Below are positions 1-12,463 of a DNA stretch of 64,000 nucleotides, in pieces; position 1 is the first letter of the stretch, and each line of letters opens with the position of its first letter. The translations under genes and the position numbers were made by a program. Under the pieces are notes generated by a model that worked only from the letters and a program-made list of their open reading frames with translations, searched no databases and was not told the origin of the DNA. This DNA is from Utricularia gibba. Taxonomy: Eukaryota > Plantae > Magnoliophyta. The stretch lies in assembly GCA_002189035.1 (NCBI GenBank), contig CM007992.1:2542001-2606000 (forward strand), in the 5' to 3' direction.

Positions 1-404
1 TAAGGGTGTGCGGGTAGAGGTAGAACTTTGTAGGAGGCGCAATAATAGGATCGAGTTGAGGGAGAGACTAACTCCTTGTTCCATAGGTGCTGAATTGAGT
101 CACATTACAGACATGCAAGAGAGTGATAACAAGTGATGTGGGGATACCTTTGGGAAAGTGAATGTGTCTAGTTGTGATTGATTAAGAAATGTGTGCTCTT
201 GAGATGGTGACCACCCCTTTTTGGGAACTAATGTGCATATAAAGGTATATAGGCACTTGAACCTCAATACATGTATATCCAATTATTAAATGCCATGTCT
301 AACACTCTAACTTAATTACCCATGAACTTGGTTTCATATTCACTTCCCTCATTGCTACAATCCTTTCTCTTTAACAAACAAAAAGTCATAAAGATTCTAA
401 TTTT

Positions 405-860
405 TGCAATGACCCAAGAAGGGGGCCTAGCCGCCATGGTCATTACCCTACTCAGAAACATTATCGATCTCTTGGGTGGCTTTGATTCTAATCTATTTAT
501 CCCACATGGGCACAAGATTTCCGAGGAATATCTTATTCATAACTTGAAGAAAACATTCACATAGTAGTTTGAACAAAACATTGAGAAATCAACGAAAAAA
601 TAAACAAGTTCGCAACTTTCTATTCCCCAGTTGCCTTGGCCCTCCAGGATCACTCTGCCACCACCTCCGCCATTCTGCCTATGCTCTCATGACCAAAACC
701 TTCACCTACAAGCTACACACAAGTTCGTAAGATGGTTAACTTCTACACAGATCATACTACCAGCCATAAATATAACATCATAAGCATAATATCATAACGT
801 AGTATCATAAAAATGTAAAATTACAAATCATAATGACTCGTCGATCACATAGAGCATGTG
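405..860 (-). repeat. Left LTR-like copy of a Tekay/Del-type Ty3 element (right boundary approximate)
   Basis: Begins TGCAATGACC at 405. Aligns by eye over about 400 bp with 5923-6318 (shared blocks such as gcacaagattt, aaaacattcacatagta, caagttcgcaactttctattc, accttcacctaca, taatgactc-tcgatcac). The two copies are clearly diverged. Confidence 0.65.
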
Positions 861-910
861 ATGCACTACCAATGAGGGGTTAACAGCAAACATGAATGAC
901 AGGAAACAAA

Positions 911-1390
911 TGATAGGTTTTGCTTCACAAACACTGGCAAATCACAGCCACAAGATTGTTTTAGCAAATGGCTCATAGGCCTGAGTTCAATTCACATGAA
1001 AGAAGAGTAGCCAGCTCAATAATTAGTAGGAATACATAATGAGAACTAAGCAAAATAGACTAACACTAGTTGACATTAGATTTTGATTTAACATAAACCA
1101 AGTCACATCCTATGCATGAATGAAAATGAACAAAATATTCCAAAAAATAGGGTCAGTGAATAGAAAAGATTTGCTAGCAGTGGGTTCCTCATGATGAATC
1201 TTAATCCCCACAAACTAGTAGCATATTCCAACCCGCAAAACTCAGTAAATCAGGTTGAACAGCAACCTAAGCCCCAAGCATACATCAATGGAGTATGGGG
1301 TTAGACAAACCTCAATAGTTCAAAAGTGTGGAATGCGCCAAAAGCCTTGGGTTAATATCACAGCTGTTCGGGCCTGCCTGCCATGCATCA
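911..1390 (-). repeat. Probable 3' LTR of a CRM-like Ty3 chromovirus
   Basis: On the minus strand a purine tract AGAGGGGA (1391-1398) is followed directly by TGATGCA at 1390, and the segment ends ...CCTATCA at 911. It lies just downstream of the integrase tail. Confidence 0.5.
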
Positions 1391-1439
1391 TCCCCTCTAG
1401 GTGAGCTAGAACTTGCCTTACAATTCAAAGAAGGATAAA

Positions 1440-4400
1440 ACAGGACAATATGTATGATATTGAATATATCATAGGTGTTAAGGTGAGCTTGTGATACTCA
1501 TGCGTCAGGTATCGAGCTCTAGTCAAGATCACCCACATGAGATTGCCCACTTGAATTCTACATGTTGTCGAGATTGATCGACATGAGCCTTATATTTCGC
1601 ATTCGCGGTAGTTATTTGATAATGAACTAGTTGGTGGGTTTTTTGGATAGCCTAAACAAAGTATGCTGTCTTCCCGTGTAAATGAGAGGTGTCAGCAAGG
1701 TGTATCAATTATGTAGGTCCACGAGACACGACTGAGTAGACCACTTGAAATGGGCTAAAGCTACTACTTCGATTGCTAGCATGGTTATGAGCAAATTCTG
1801 CCCTATTAAGAACCAAATCCAAAGACTTCTATTCTACATTAACCAAACATTTGAGGAGGTTACCTAATGAATGATTGACCACCTCAATTTGTCTATCCGT
1901 TTCAGGGTAGTAGACAGAGCTAAATTGTAGCTACATGCTAGTTAGCTTCCACAAACTTCCCCAAAAATGCCCTACAAAAGAAGTATCCAAATCTGACAGA
2001 ATAGATGAAGGAAGCCCATGTAGCTATTCCCTAAAAAAAAAATGGTCAATTTAATTGCATTAATCGTACACTTACATGAAATAAAATGCACCATCTTGGA
2101 GAATCGATCAACAACCACAACAATGGAGTTCAAGCATTGTTGAGTCTTAGGAAGTTCTAAGACAAAGTCCATACTAAGACCAACCCACAACAAGCTTAGA
2201 ACTGGAAGCGGTTGGTAGAGTCCTGCATTCAACACTGTACCCTCATCCCATTGACATACCTAACAGTCGCTAACAAAATGAGTAACATATCTTTTCTAGC
2301 TAGGTCAAAAATACAAATTTCGGATCAAAAATAGGGTATGATGAGCTCCCACATGACCTTCATTATGTAGCTCAGAAATGAACTGCACCCGCAGACTATA
2401 ATCCAGAATACAAAATTGACAGCCTTTGAATAAAGAATACTCTTGCAATACATAGTCTCCTCTATTCCTTTAGGGTACATAACCAATCTAGGGTCAAAAT
2501 AGGCATCAGATAAATACTGATAAGGTAGCACCACAAAAGAAGTTACCTGCACCCAAAGAACACTCAAGCAAGATTGGCGACGACCCAGTGCATGAGCCAC
2601 TCTATTGTGAAAGCTGTTCTTATGCTTTATGACAAAGGAGAACTATTATAAGAACGCATGCCAGTGACTATGGCGATTGAATATTTTGTCTTGATTGTAC
2701 AAATGTTTCCAGGAATCATGGTAAGTTCACAAGATAAAATCTTGATGTAACAAATAATGTTTTCACTAACTAATAGAGCAAACGAGAGTATACAATTTGG
2801 ATTCATATGCACTTTAATTAAGCTTGCTACCTGTTAATTTCTCATTGAAATATGCCACGAGCCTGCCATTCTGACTAAGCACTACCCTAATGTTGATGCC
2901 TATTGCATCGCAATGTAGCCAAAAGGGCTGCTGGAAGTCCGGTAAGGCTAACATTGGCATAGAAGTAAGCTAATTATTGAATAATTGAAATGCCTCCTTA
3001 GCCTCCTCCGTCCATCTAAAAATTCCTTGACGCATAAAATCTGCTATTAGCATCATTACTTGATTGAAACCAAGGATAAATTAATGATAAAATGAGGTGA
3101 GGCCATGAAAACTCCTCAACTCCATCAGACTCATAGGCGTTGGCCATGACTTAATGGCTTCAACCTTGGATTGGTCAACATTAATACATGCTCGAAAGAT
3201 ATAGAAGCCCATAAATAATACCCAATTGCAAAAAAAAAAAAAAAAACACTTTTCTCTAGCTGCAAAGAAGTGATGATCCTGGAAAACTTCCAAAACGTGC
3301 TGGAGGTGGTACCTATGAGTAGGACGATCACAATTAAAAATCAAAATATCATCAAAATAGACGACCAAGAATTTACCAATAAATAGCTATAGAAGGTGGT
3401 TCATAAAACTCATGAAAGTACTCAGGGCATTTGATAGCTCATGGCATAACTAACCACTCGTATAGTCCCTTGCAAGTTTTAAGGGCCATCTTCCACTCGT
3501 TGCTCGGACGAATCCTGATTTCATTGTATCCACTCTTGAAATCCAATTTCATGAAGATGGTGGACCCATGAATATAATCAAGTAAGTCATACAATCTTGG
3601 AATGGGGAATCAATATTTCACAATAATCCGATTTATAGCATGATTGTCTATACACATTCGCCAAGACTCATCCCTTGTTGGTGCCCTCCTGAATGTGTCC
3701 CCTTTTTAAGAGGTCTTCAACTTGCCTATGAATATCTTCATGCTCAGTTGTCGAACATGATGGTGTGGTCTATTGAGCAATGCAGCCCCTGCGATGAAGT
3801 GAATGTGATGCTAAATCTCTCGCAATTGAGGCAGCCCATCTATTAACTAGAATGCTTCTAAGAATTTCAAGGTCTGCTGGTCATGTTGTTCCCTTGTTAT
3901 TGATAACACTAAAGCAAAAATAATTTATTTCTTGATGCATTAAACTAATACAATAATTTATTTATAACTCTTCTTCCAATTGCTGCTCAGAAAATAAGCC
4001 GATAGTTGCTGTTGCGGCCAGCTCTGACGTTGCTTTCAAAGGTAACAGCACAACTTTCACCTTATTAAACTAAAAGATATGGGTGTTGTCACCACCAGAG
4101 TGAAACACATTACGATCAAACTACCACAGCCCGCCCAAAATTAGGCGAACCACATCCATTTTGATAACATCAAACACGATAGCATCCTTACAAATTTTTC
4201 CGACTGAAAATTGAATCAACACTCTCTTTTCTACACTGACAAACTCTTTTCTCAAATGATGATAGCTGATACTTCTTTGAAAGTGATTTCATGGGAACAT
4301 TCAGCTTTTTAACCACATCTTCAAACACAAAATTGTCGAAATTACCACTATCAATGTCAAATTTACAGATGCAATTCCCAATAGTGTAGATAGAAAAGAA

Positions 4401-4990
4401 AATATCATGGCGGAGCCATCTCTTATCATCCACGGTCTTTGGACCCTAAACCCTAAACCCTAAACCCTAAACACACTCTATGAGATAACAAAGTAGTTCT
4501 AGTGTCTCCCTCTACATATTCTTTATCTTCAAACTCAACGTTCACATGCTCGATAATTGGTTGCACCTCCGATAACATAAATCTTTTTCCTATCTTTTTA
4601 CACTTAGTTTGCATATGATCAAAGTCCCCGCAAGCATAGCATTTAAACTCAGCATCAAATATTTTGGAGCTCTATTCAATACGTAAGGGTGATTGCCCAC
4701 TTGACCCAACTGAACTATGCTCTAATTGAAATAGTTCAAGACTTGACTGTCCCGTAGGTAGAGGTCCTTGGCAACGAACCAAATTCCATTGATAAGCTTG
4801 ATCCACATTCAAGAGATTAAATAAGTTGAGTTCATTCTAAAGATTCTACCATAGACTAGCTATATAGCTAGATAGCCGTTGAAATAATAGTTGCTGATAA
4901 TTGTGAGGTAAGAAGTTTGCATGCAAGTATTTCCTCATCTTGCTCCAAGTGATAACCTTCTCTTTGCCCATTCGATTACGGGTCAAGCAT
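1440..4990 (-). mobile_element. Decayed CRM-like Ty3/gypsy gag-pol (gag, protease, RT, RNase H, integrase) with many stops and frameshifts
   Basis: Integrase SMDFVLELPKTQ...VVVDRFSKMVHFI (1972-2235). RT VVYFDDILIF...W-PTP-S-MELRSFHGL (3081-3368). Protease region DDKRWLRHDIFF...DIDSG (4188-4433). Gag KVITWSKMRKYLHANFLPHNYQQLLFQRL near 4900-4980. Integrase tail ANAKYKAHVDQSRQHVEF near 1560-1630. Confidence 0.85.
4444..4471 (-). repeat. Interstitial plant telomeric repeat (TTTAGGG)4
   Basis: Four perfect CCCTAAA units on the + strand, inside the Ty3 gag-protease coding region. Confidence 0.95.
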
Positions 4991-4999
4991 ACTGCTACA

Positions 5000-5870
5000 T
5001 GTCACTTCCTCATGTGTCTCTGACCACACTTCACACACATTAGAGTAAGATTCCATCAACCTTCCCTCATTGGCTGGTTCACAACTTCGACGTTCCTTTC
5101 ACCAGTGCTCATTCACTTATTCCTATCTCATCCATTGCTGTCAACTCAGTTTCTACCAATAGAGCTGCCCTCAATAGTTCGCTCATCATCTCGACCATCA
5201 CAAAGATCAGTATCTCACAAAGTCGGGGCATCAGTGCTTGACAAAACTTCAGCACCAATAAGTATTCTCCTTCGGCCAATCCAGGCACACCCCATACCAA
5301 ATATTGATAATGAGTGTAGAAGTCATACACTAACACACCATTTCATTGCTGAACTACCTAAATTTCAGCCACCTTTTAGGTGACCACTAATGGTGGGTAG
5401 TGGCGATTGAGGAACTTCATGTAGAATTCCTCTCAACTCTTGGCCTCACCTGCAACTTTGAGGCTTCTCAACCCTCTTGCCGCATCTCCTACCAAGAAAT
5501 CTGTGATGACCCACCCACATTGTTTCATGGGTGTGTTTTAGATCCTCATGTTCTGTTCCAACTCCGTGATCTTGTTAGCATTCCTCCACTGAATGTAGCC
5601 ATACACCCTTTATTAGGACGTAGATAATATCCTCTATCCTCTTACTCATGGGATTTCTCCTCTACCTTGTTCCTCATTAATGCTTCAACTGCACCTCAAA
5701 TTGCCATGGTCAACTACTCCATGCCATTGGGTGGATTCTCAATATTCCATATATAGGAGTGCTACTCTTCCTTATCCAACAACGATGCTTGGTTCTCATT
5801 ACTCACACTCCAAATTCCAATCATATGACTCAACTTGTTAGCATTACATTACTTATCTCGTTGTCCCAAT
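5000..5870 (-). mobile_element. Tekay/Del-like Ty3 gag remnant
   Basis: KFCQALMPRLCEIL...ELLRAALLVE resembles the Tekay gag C-terminal helix. A CVKCGQRH knuckle-like motif lies near 5020-5045. The segment sits between the PBS at 5908 and the CRM segment. Confidence 0.45.
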
Positions 5871-5907
5871 TTCATGGCAGAGGGTAAAGGGTGGTAGAGT
5901 GAAACTA

Positions 5908-5919
5908 GCTCTAATACCA
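5908..5919 (-). other. Primer-binding site (tRNA-iMet type)
   Basis: Minus strand TGGTATTAGAGC, one mismatch to canonical TGGTATCAGAGC, 3 nt from the LTR edge at 5923. Confidence 0.7.
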
Positions 5920-5922
5920 AGG

Positions 5923-6318
5923 TGTAATGACCGAAGAAGGGGGCCAAGGCATCACAATCGTTATGCCGCATGAGCACAAGATTTCTGTGGGATATCTTAT
6001 TCACAACTAGACGAAAACATTCACATAGTATTTGAACAAAACATGGATAAATCAAAGAAAAAATAAGCAAGTTCGCAACTTTCTATTCTCTAACTACCTT
6101 GGCCCACTAGGTTCACTTCGCCACCACCTCTGCCGCTCTGCTACCCTTGTGGTCAGAACCTTCACCTACACACAAGTTTTTAATGGGTTAACTTATGAGT
6201 AAGGTAGACCACACTACGAACCATAAACATAAAATCATAAACATAACATCATAATGTAGCATCATAAAAACATAAACTTACACATCGTAATGACTCATCG
6301 ATCACTTAAAGCATGTTT
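5923..6318 (-). repeat. Right (5') LTR-like copy of the Tekay/Del-type element (right boundary approximate)
   Basis: Begins TGTAATGACC on +, is adjacent to the PBS, and is a direct repeat of 405-860. Confidence 0.65.
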
Positions 6319-7049
6319 CCCATGATGTCTTATCAAGTTACAATAAAAAGGGGTCCTGGCCACAGTGACCAATCCCAACCCCACTCTCTTTGAAGCTAAC
6401 GGCAAGATCTACCCCCACACTCATGTTGGGTTGCTATCGGATATATCTCAACCAAGGATTCGACCCCGCCTCATGGGGATCTCAACCCTTCAGCCCTTCA
6501 GCCTTTGCTATCAAGTTCTTGCAAAAGTTCCTTTCACGTTTCCCCTTAACTTTGGTTTGTCTCTTTCCGTTTCTCCCAAATCTTGACCTCTCCTTTCTGT
6601 ATCTCAGCATGGTGATTGTTAAGTATCATTTTCTATTATTATGTATTATTATATGTTAATCTAGTATTAAGTCGCCTAAATTGGGAGTCTTATTATTAAG
6701 TATTTGATTTTATTAGAAAATTCCTATTTTTCTATTTTTTATATATTTTGTTGTTTTTTTGTGCACTTTCATCCAAAATGTCAGGAGATAAGTTTGAAGT
6801 GTTGCAGGAGACTTGCCGGAGATGAGACACTGACATTTCATGCTTTGCACACGACTTGGAACAATTGTGGGTGGAAGACTGACACTAGTTAAGGCTCTTG
6901 ACTTACAGCATGTCAGCATCTCCAAAAATGATTGTGCGCTTACTTGCACGCATGGGAAAGCTGGTAGCGCACGCAAGACACAAACAATGATGGAAGGAGA
7001 GAAGGAAGAGTTAATGTTCGTGGGGAGTAAGATAAAACCAACTTGGAAC

Positions 7050-8000
7050 ACTTATTTTTGGACTCTTGACACTTTGTTCTTAGACTTAGAACTTTTGGTT
7101 TTTCCTCTCAACCAAGGGAGGACGAGCACTTTAGTTTTCATTTTTGTTTTCTGTTTTCATGGCCATCCATGGCTAAAATCTTTTAATTACTGGGAGTAGA
7201 TGAAGTTTTTTTCCAAGTCTTGAGCACTAATCTCGGTTCTTTGCTGAATTCTTTCTGGATTTGGCATACTTCTATAAGTCTTGTTGTAGTCTTTCTGTAA
7301 CAACTACTAGTCACGGTCCATGAGTAGTAGGCCACTCCTCGTGAATTTTGATGAAGACCACCATCACCAACCTTACCTGTTTGAGGGTAGTAGTGAATTG
7401 TTTGTGATTAAGGTATCATGACAATGGACATGTAGTGACTTCATATCTACCATTGGTTATTGACAACAATTGGGCACACGCACACAATTCGATTTTGAAG
7501 GCAATTGATGGCAATCCTCTTATCTTCTCAACCGTCCAAGAGGAAACCACATTAGGCTATTCCCATGCCTCCTTGTCAATTAGAGTGTAAGGAAGAGTAG
7601 ACTATTCCTTGCTCCTATAACCATCTATTTGCAAGGAATTAGTGAAAGTCGAGACAAAATAGACAAAAGAAGGAAACGGAGTCCATTTCCCAAGAACTAC
7701 ATCCCTGAGTCAAGGTCCATTACTTGTTGTATCTTTTATTTTTGTATTTCAAAAATCCCATTTTACAAACCCATGACAATTTGTAGAAGGTTTCTACAAT
7801 TTGAGATCGACACTCGTAATACACTTTATTGTGTTCTACGTTTTTCTAAATTAAAATTTTTTGAGAAAACGATATGCAATAGTGACATGCCCTCTCTAAT
7901 TTGTCAGACCTCACCATGTCAACATGCCTTCCCTATCACCCATAACTTTAGGGCTTCTGAGCTCTTTCCTTCTCCAAACCCTTCGTCTGACGGGCCTAGC
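7050..8000 (-). mobile_element. Highly decayed Ty1/copia (SIRE-like) protease-integrase remnant
   Basis: Frameshifted W-LDSGCS protease motif near 7690-7720, GLPSIAFKIELC GAG-pre-integrase-like motif near 7480-7520, and SARPPLVERKNQ (compare SAPRTPQQNGVVERKNR) near 7090-7130. Confidence 0.5.
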
Positions 8001-8657
8001 TTGTAGATAGTCATTCCTTCTACTCTTATTAGGCCCTCAAAACTTTCCCTACCAACATATCTCATCCATCACTTGGGCTCGCAACCACATTCTGCTTGAC
8101 GTCCACTGCATCATTCGCTATCCTTCGACACACACACATACTTGCTCAATTGCACAAAGCACCCATCTGCTCAAGTGGGTCTCTCTCACGAGCACTCCCA
8201 AAGTTTACTCAAGAGCTCGGAATGTCTCTATCAAGAGTTGCATACCATGTTCGATTCTGATCAATCCTTGCATGCGAACATCCGGACAAAGGGGTTCCTC
8301 GTATCCTCTCCACATCCTGATTCTTCATCCAAACTTAACGTAGCTCCTACACGGATCATGACAACTTTTGAAAGATGAAAAGGCCTTGGGGATTTATATA
8401 AAATAGAGTACTAATAGTTTCGTAAAATGATGCATACAACAATTGGGGTAAATGAAACCTTATTTCTCTTGCTCTTGGGCTTACATCTCCCTTTCTATAA
8501 ACTCTAATTTCTTTGGTAGCTTGAACAATCTCATAGTGCTACTCAAATTTTTCTTGCATGTGAATGTGTATTTTAGTATTAGCCTAGGGTTGCCACAATT
8601 ATTTTCGAATTTTGGTAGATTTTTTAGGTTGTCTAAAATTTATATAAAAGTTATTTA

Positions 8658-10111
8658 TGTTGGGTTTCTCGTGGACATCGTATGTCTCCAAAGTAGCGGA
8701 ATTTAAAAAATTTTGAAAAACCCCAAACGCACATCTTGGAATACGGTATACATCAGACAAAGATATGTTCAAAATACCTTTCAGATGACTCCATTGTTCA
8801 CCAACCGCCAATAGCACACGACCTCTATGGTATCCACACGTGGAGCACTCCATCAACAACCTTCTCAAGGCTCTTAAATGCTGGTCGAATTTCTCAGATG
8901 CTAGTAGTGAAAAATGCCTCCTTGTAGATCAGTTTCTGAGAGAGCACGAAGACCTTGGAGCAGATCTCAAGATCTAAATCTTTTTTATAGATATTTTGTG
9001 ACATATCAAATCATATCTATATGAGATCTTTTATTTTGAGTTTAATCAATATTAATCTCAAAATAATTCTCTATTTAATTTATCCACTTTACCAATTACA
9101 TCTCATGTAATTGTGTCATTCTATTTTATATCAATGAGTGACTCCACTATTGTGTGTGACCCTATAGGCTTCCACAATCAAGGCCGTAATAATGGATTTA
9201 TTAATTAACTCTTAATTAATCAAATCGATCATTATCGATCATGAGTGATGTCTAGCAACATATCATGATCCCCAAGATTAAAAAATAATCAGGTGAATTG
9301 ATTGAGCCTTTCCATGACCAGCCACCATGCAATGAACATCTTTCATCATACTTATATCTCATTCGGTACCAGAACATGGGTGTGTGTCTTTTTGATGTAT
9401 CGAACTTATAATTGCATTCAAGCACTAACACTCAATGACCTACTCAAACAATTCGAGTGTCATTACCTTGGGCCCAGGACTTACTGTTAGGCTTTGATGC
9501 AATTACTTGAGATATGATCTCATTGCTAACATGAGTGATGAATCCTTTATTGATCAATCAACTATCTCCAACCTTAAGGAGTCACATCCCTACTCATCCA
9601 TACTAGGCAAGCCATGGTTAGGCTCCCATTAGTAATGAGCGAAAATGTGAGCTTAAGATCAAGATAACTTTGTTGACCTCAAGTCTAAGCTTACTTGCCC
9701 GGCTGTCATATTTGAGATCTTGCTACTGACATTTGGTTAGCTTCCCATAGAAGCATCTCGAAGATGAGTCATCCAATGAATCGATTCTCTAATCGACACC
9801 CACACATAGGTTCTAGTAATCTCATTACCTCAATTATGAGAACCATTGCCAAAACAGTTTAGGGAACTCAATGTGTGCCAGCTTATCCGTATTTGTGATA
9901 TCCTCATTTCACAAACCCTCTAGCCAGGGAGTTTTTAACTTGATTATGAGTGTTTGAAGAATCTCACATTATGATCTCATCATAATTTCTATAGCACATA
10001 GATCAAGTAGAGGATTTTATCAATGATATAAATTTGATCACAATTCAAAGTAAATATCAAAAGATAAGATTTGTCAATGAGTTGATTGTCTCTAGAACAC
10101 ATACACTAACA
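8658..10111 (-). mobile_element. Solo LTR, Angela/BARE-1-type copia (1454 bp)
   Basis: TG...CA termini and a perfect 5-bp TSD ATTTA (8653-8657 and 10112-10116). The minus-strand start TGTTAGTGTATGTGTTCTAGAGACAAT resembles BARE-1-type LTR starts. Closely similar along its length to 40814-42265. Confidence 0.9.
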
Positions 10112-11179
10112 ATTTAAGTTAACACTGAAAATCTATTTTCCTATATGATTTTAGATTTAAAATTTTTTTATACTTTACTTTATAATGAAGGATGATTGAT
10201 TTTTTTATTAAATTTTCAATGCTTACATTACAAAAATTGGATTCCTTTATTTTTTTTATAGATAAAATGCATTTGTGAAGAGATACTTCAGTAAATGTTG
10301 ATAGAGAATCAAATGAAGAGAAAAAAATAATAATTATATAGTGGATGATGAACCAATTAAATGACACAACTAAGAAAGTAAAGTTTCTTAAAAATATATT
10401 TATATTTTAGTAGTAGAATATAAAAACTACACAATATATCATATTTCGAAAAAAAAAACAAACTTTATAAAAAAAATATGAGCGATAACATATATTTTGT
10501 TGTGTTTTTGTACTACATAATGAATAGATTTTGTAGTGAAATTAAACATTTTATTTATGAGTTTCAATATCTTAATAATTTAAAAATATTTATGTTTTTT
10601 ATTTGTAAAAATTGACTAAATCAACAATTAAATCACTTTAAATTTTTAATGTTTATTTTCTTAAAAGTTAACATCAGTTTCTTGAAAATAATCAAACTAA
10701 ATTAGATGCAAATATGGGGATCACATGAATTACAAAGTGGAGGACAAAACTGTAGTTAGGCATATAGACAATGAAGTGGAAGGCATCATTCATACTGAAT
10801 CATATGACAGTAAATGAAAAAAAGATATGACAATTCATTTGGGAAAATTTACAACCTCATGATGCATCGACTCTCTAGGGGCGTTTGGTATGCAGGTAGG
10901 GGTTTAACCTAGGTTTAGTTTATTTTGATTTATATAAACATGTTGCATTGGTTTAAAACTAGGTATTTGATGAAGTTACGAATAAAATAACTAATATACT
11001 CTTCTCTATGAAAAATGCAATTTGGTAAATAATTCAGTTTCCCTCCTTCCTCACCTTGTGTTCCCGCTGATGAACACATTATCTCCAAATACACAATCTC
11101 TTTCTCTCTTACTCCCTTCCTCCTTCTATGTTTCCTAAATTTGTGGATATGCTGAATCCAATTATAGATTCTAGTAAGA

Positions 11180-12125
11180 AAACCTAGCAAAACTAGAAGA
11201 ATGATGAGCAGAAAAATCTCATGCATGTTGTGAAGCAGATTGTCAAAGATTGGTGGAAGATTGAAAATGCATTCAAAGGAAGGTATCACCGAGCGATCCA
11301 TTCAATGTTTGTGAACTTTTGTCTTGAAACCGACATCCGCACAGTTCCATACATATTGAGTAAGGTGCATACCTGCAAACGGGAGTACTACTTGTGGATT
11401 TCTTAGTTAGGTCAGGCATCGATTTCAATGAGGCAACCAAAACGATGGACGCCAATGATGATGTCTGAAAGGAGATTGAACAAGTATGAACTTTCATTTT
11501 TGAAGTTATAGGCATGTATCGATTGTGTGCTTGTTGCAGCATGTTCCGAGGTTGTGTGTAATTAGACACAAGTGGTGGTTGTATTACATGCATTGGAGGG
11601 AAATCTTTTGAAAGAATCAGGCTTATGGGGATAATTCCATAAGCTTTGTTGGCATGACTAGGAAGATAAAATTTGCAGAAGAGGTCATTAAGAGTGTGTA
11701 CATATCTTTGATGCAATCGGAATATTCCCCCAATCGAGAACTGATGGGAAAATATACGGACACATCTAATGACCCATTCACTGGCAAGACTCTGAGTGCC
11801 ACAACAACATTGATGAGGGTAAATAGTTTGTGAGAAGCGCATGGTCTCTTGATGGACACATGTTGTTCTTACGCCAAATAGAGGCACTGAATGTGCAAAC
11901 TTGTGCAGAGCTATATCGACTAGGGGTTAACAATGATGCAACAAGCTCGCAACTTGGTTGAGAATCAAGGTTTTGCTATAGAGTTAGTGAGAGGTATTTG
12001 CATACAGTTCTCCAGTTTTTAGTGCTTTAACATTGCAAAAACGATCAACTTGAATTCGGTGAGGATGAAATACTTTCTTGCATCAACTAACTATGAGAAG
12101 GAGCAAATTGTTAGTAGTCTCACAT
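11180..12125 (+). pseudogene. Harbinger Myb/SANT-like DNA-binding protein gene, disrupted
   Basis: Fragments NDEQKNLMHVVKQIVKDWWKIENAFKGRY...TDIRTVPYILSKVH and GIDFNEATKTMDANDDV*KEIEQ, a GT-AG intron near 11485-11540, then IRHKWWLYYMHWREIF*KNQAYG (compare MRYKSWPYYxDWCEIFGKDRATG). Confidence 0.75.
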
Positions 12126-12463
12126 CTAATTCCAATCTTGGAAACCTAAGACCTACGTATTTTGTAGCTGGTTGACCATGACTAGGGTTGTATAATTTGC
12201 TTAGACAATTCCTAACTTTTAGACGGGTGATGTGTGTTTCATCACCCTGTAAATTGTCTAAATACTATGGTGTTAGTATGCCGCATCATCTACAAATAGT
12301 AACACCGCATTCCAACAAAGTGGGGCTTATATGTGCTGGTGAGAAGCAACATATGTATGCGTGTGCAGTGTTACACATGGATGTCCTACACTGTAAAAAC
12401 GCAGATTGCATACTAGAAAAGCACCCGCATATGCACACCTGTGGTGTTACATGAAAGAGAAGC

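Noticed and set aside
6440-6500. tRNA/SINE B-box-like GGTCGAATCC on the minus strand
   Set aside because: No cloverleaf, A-box spacing or poly(A) tail with TSD could be found.
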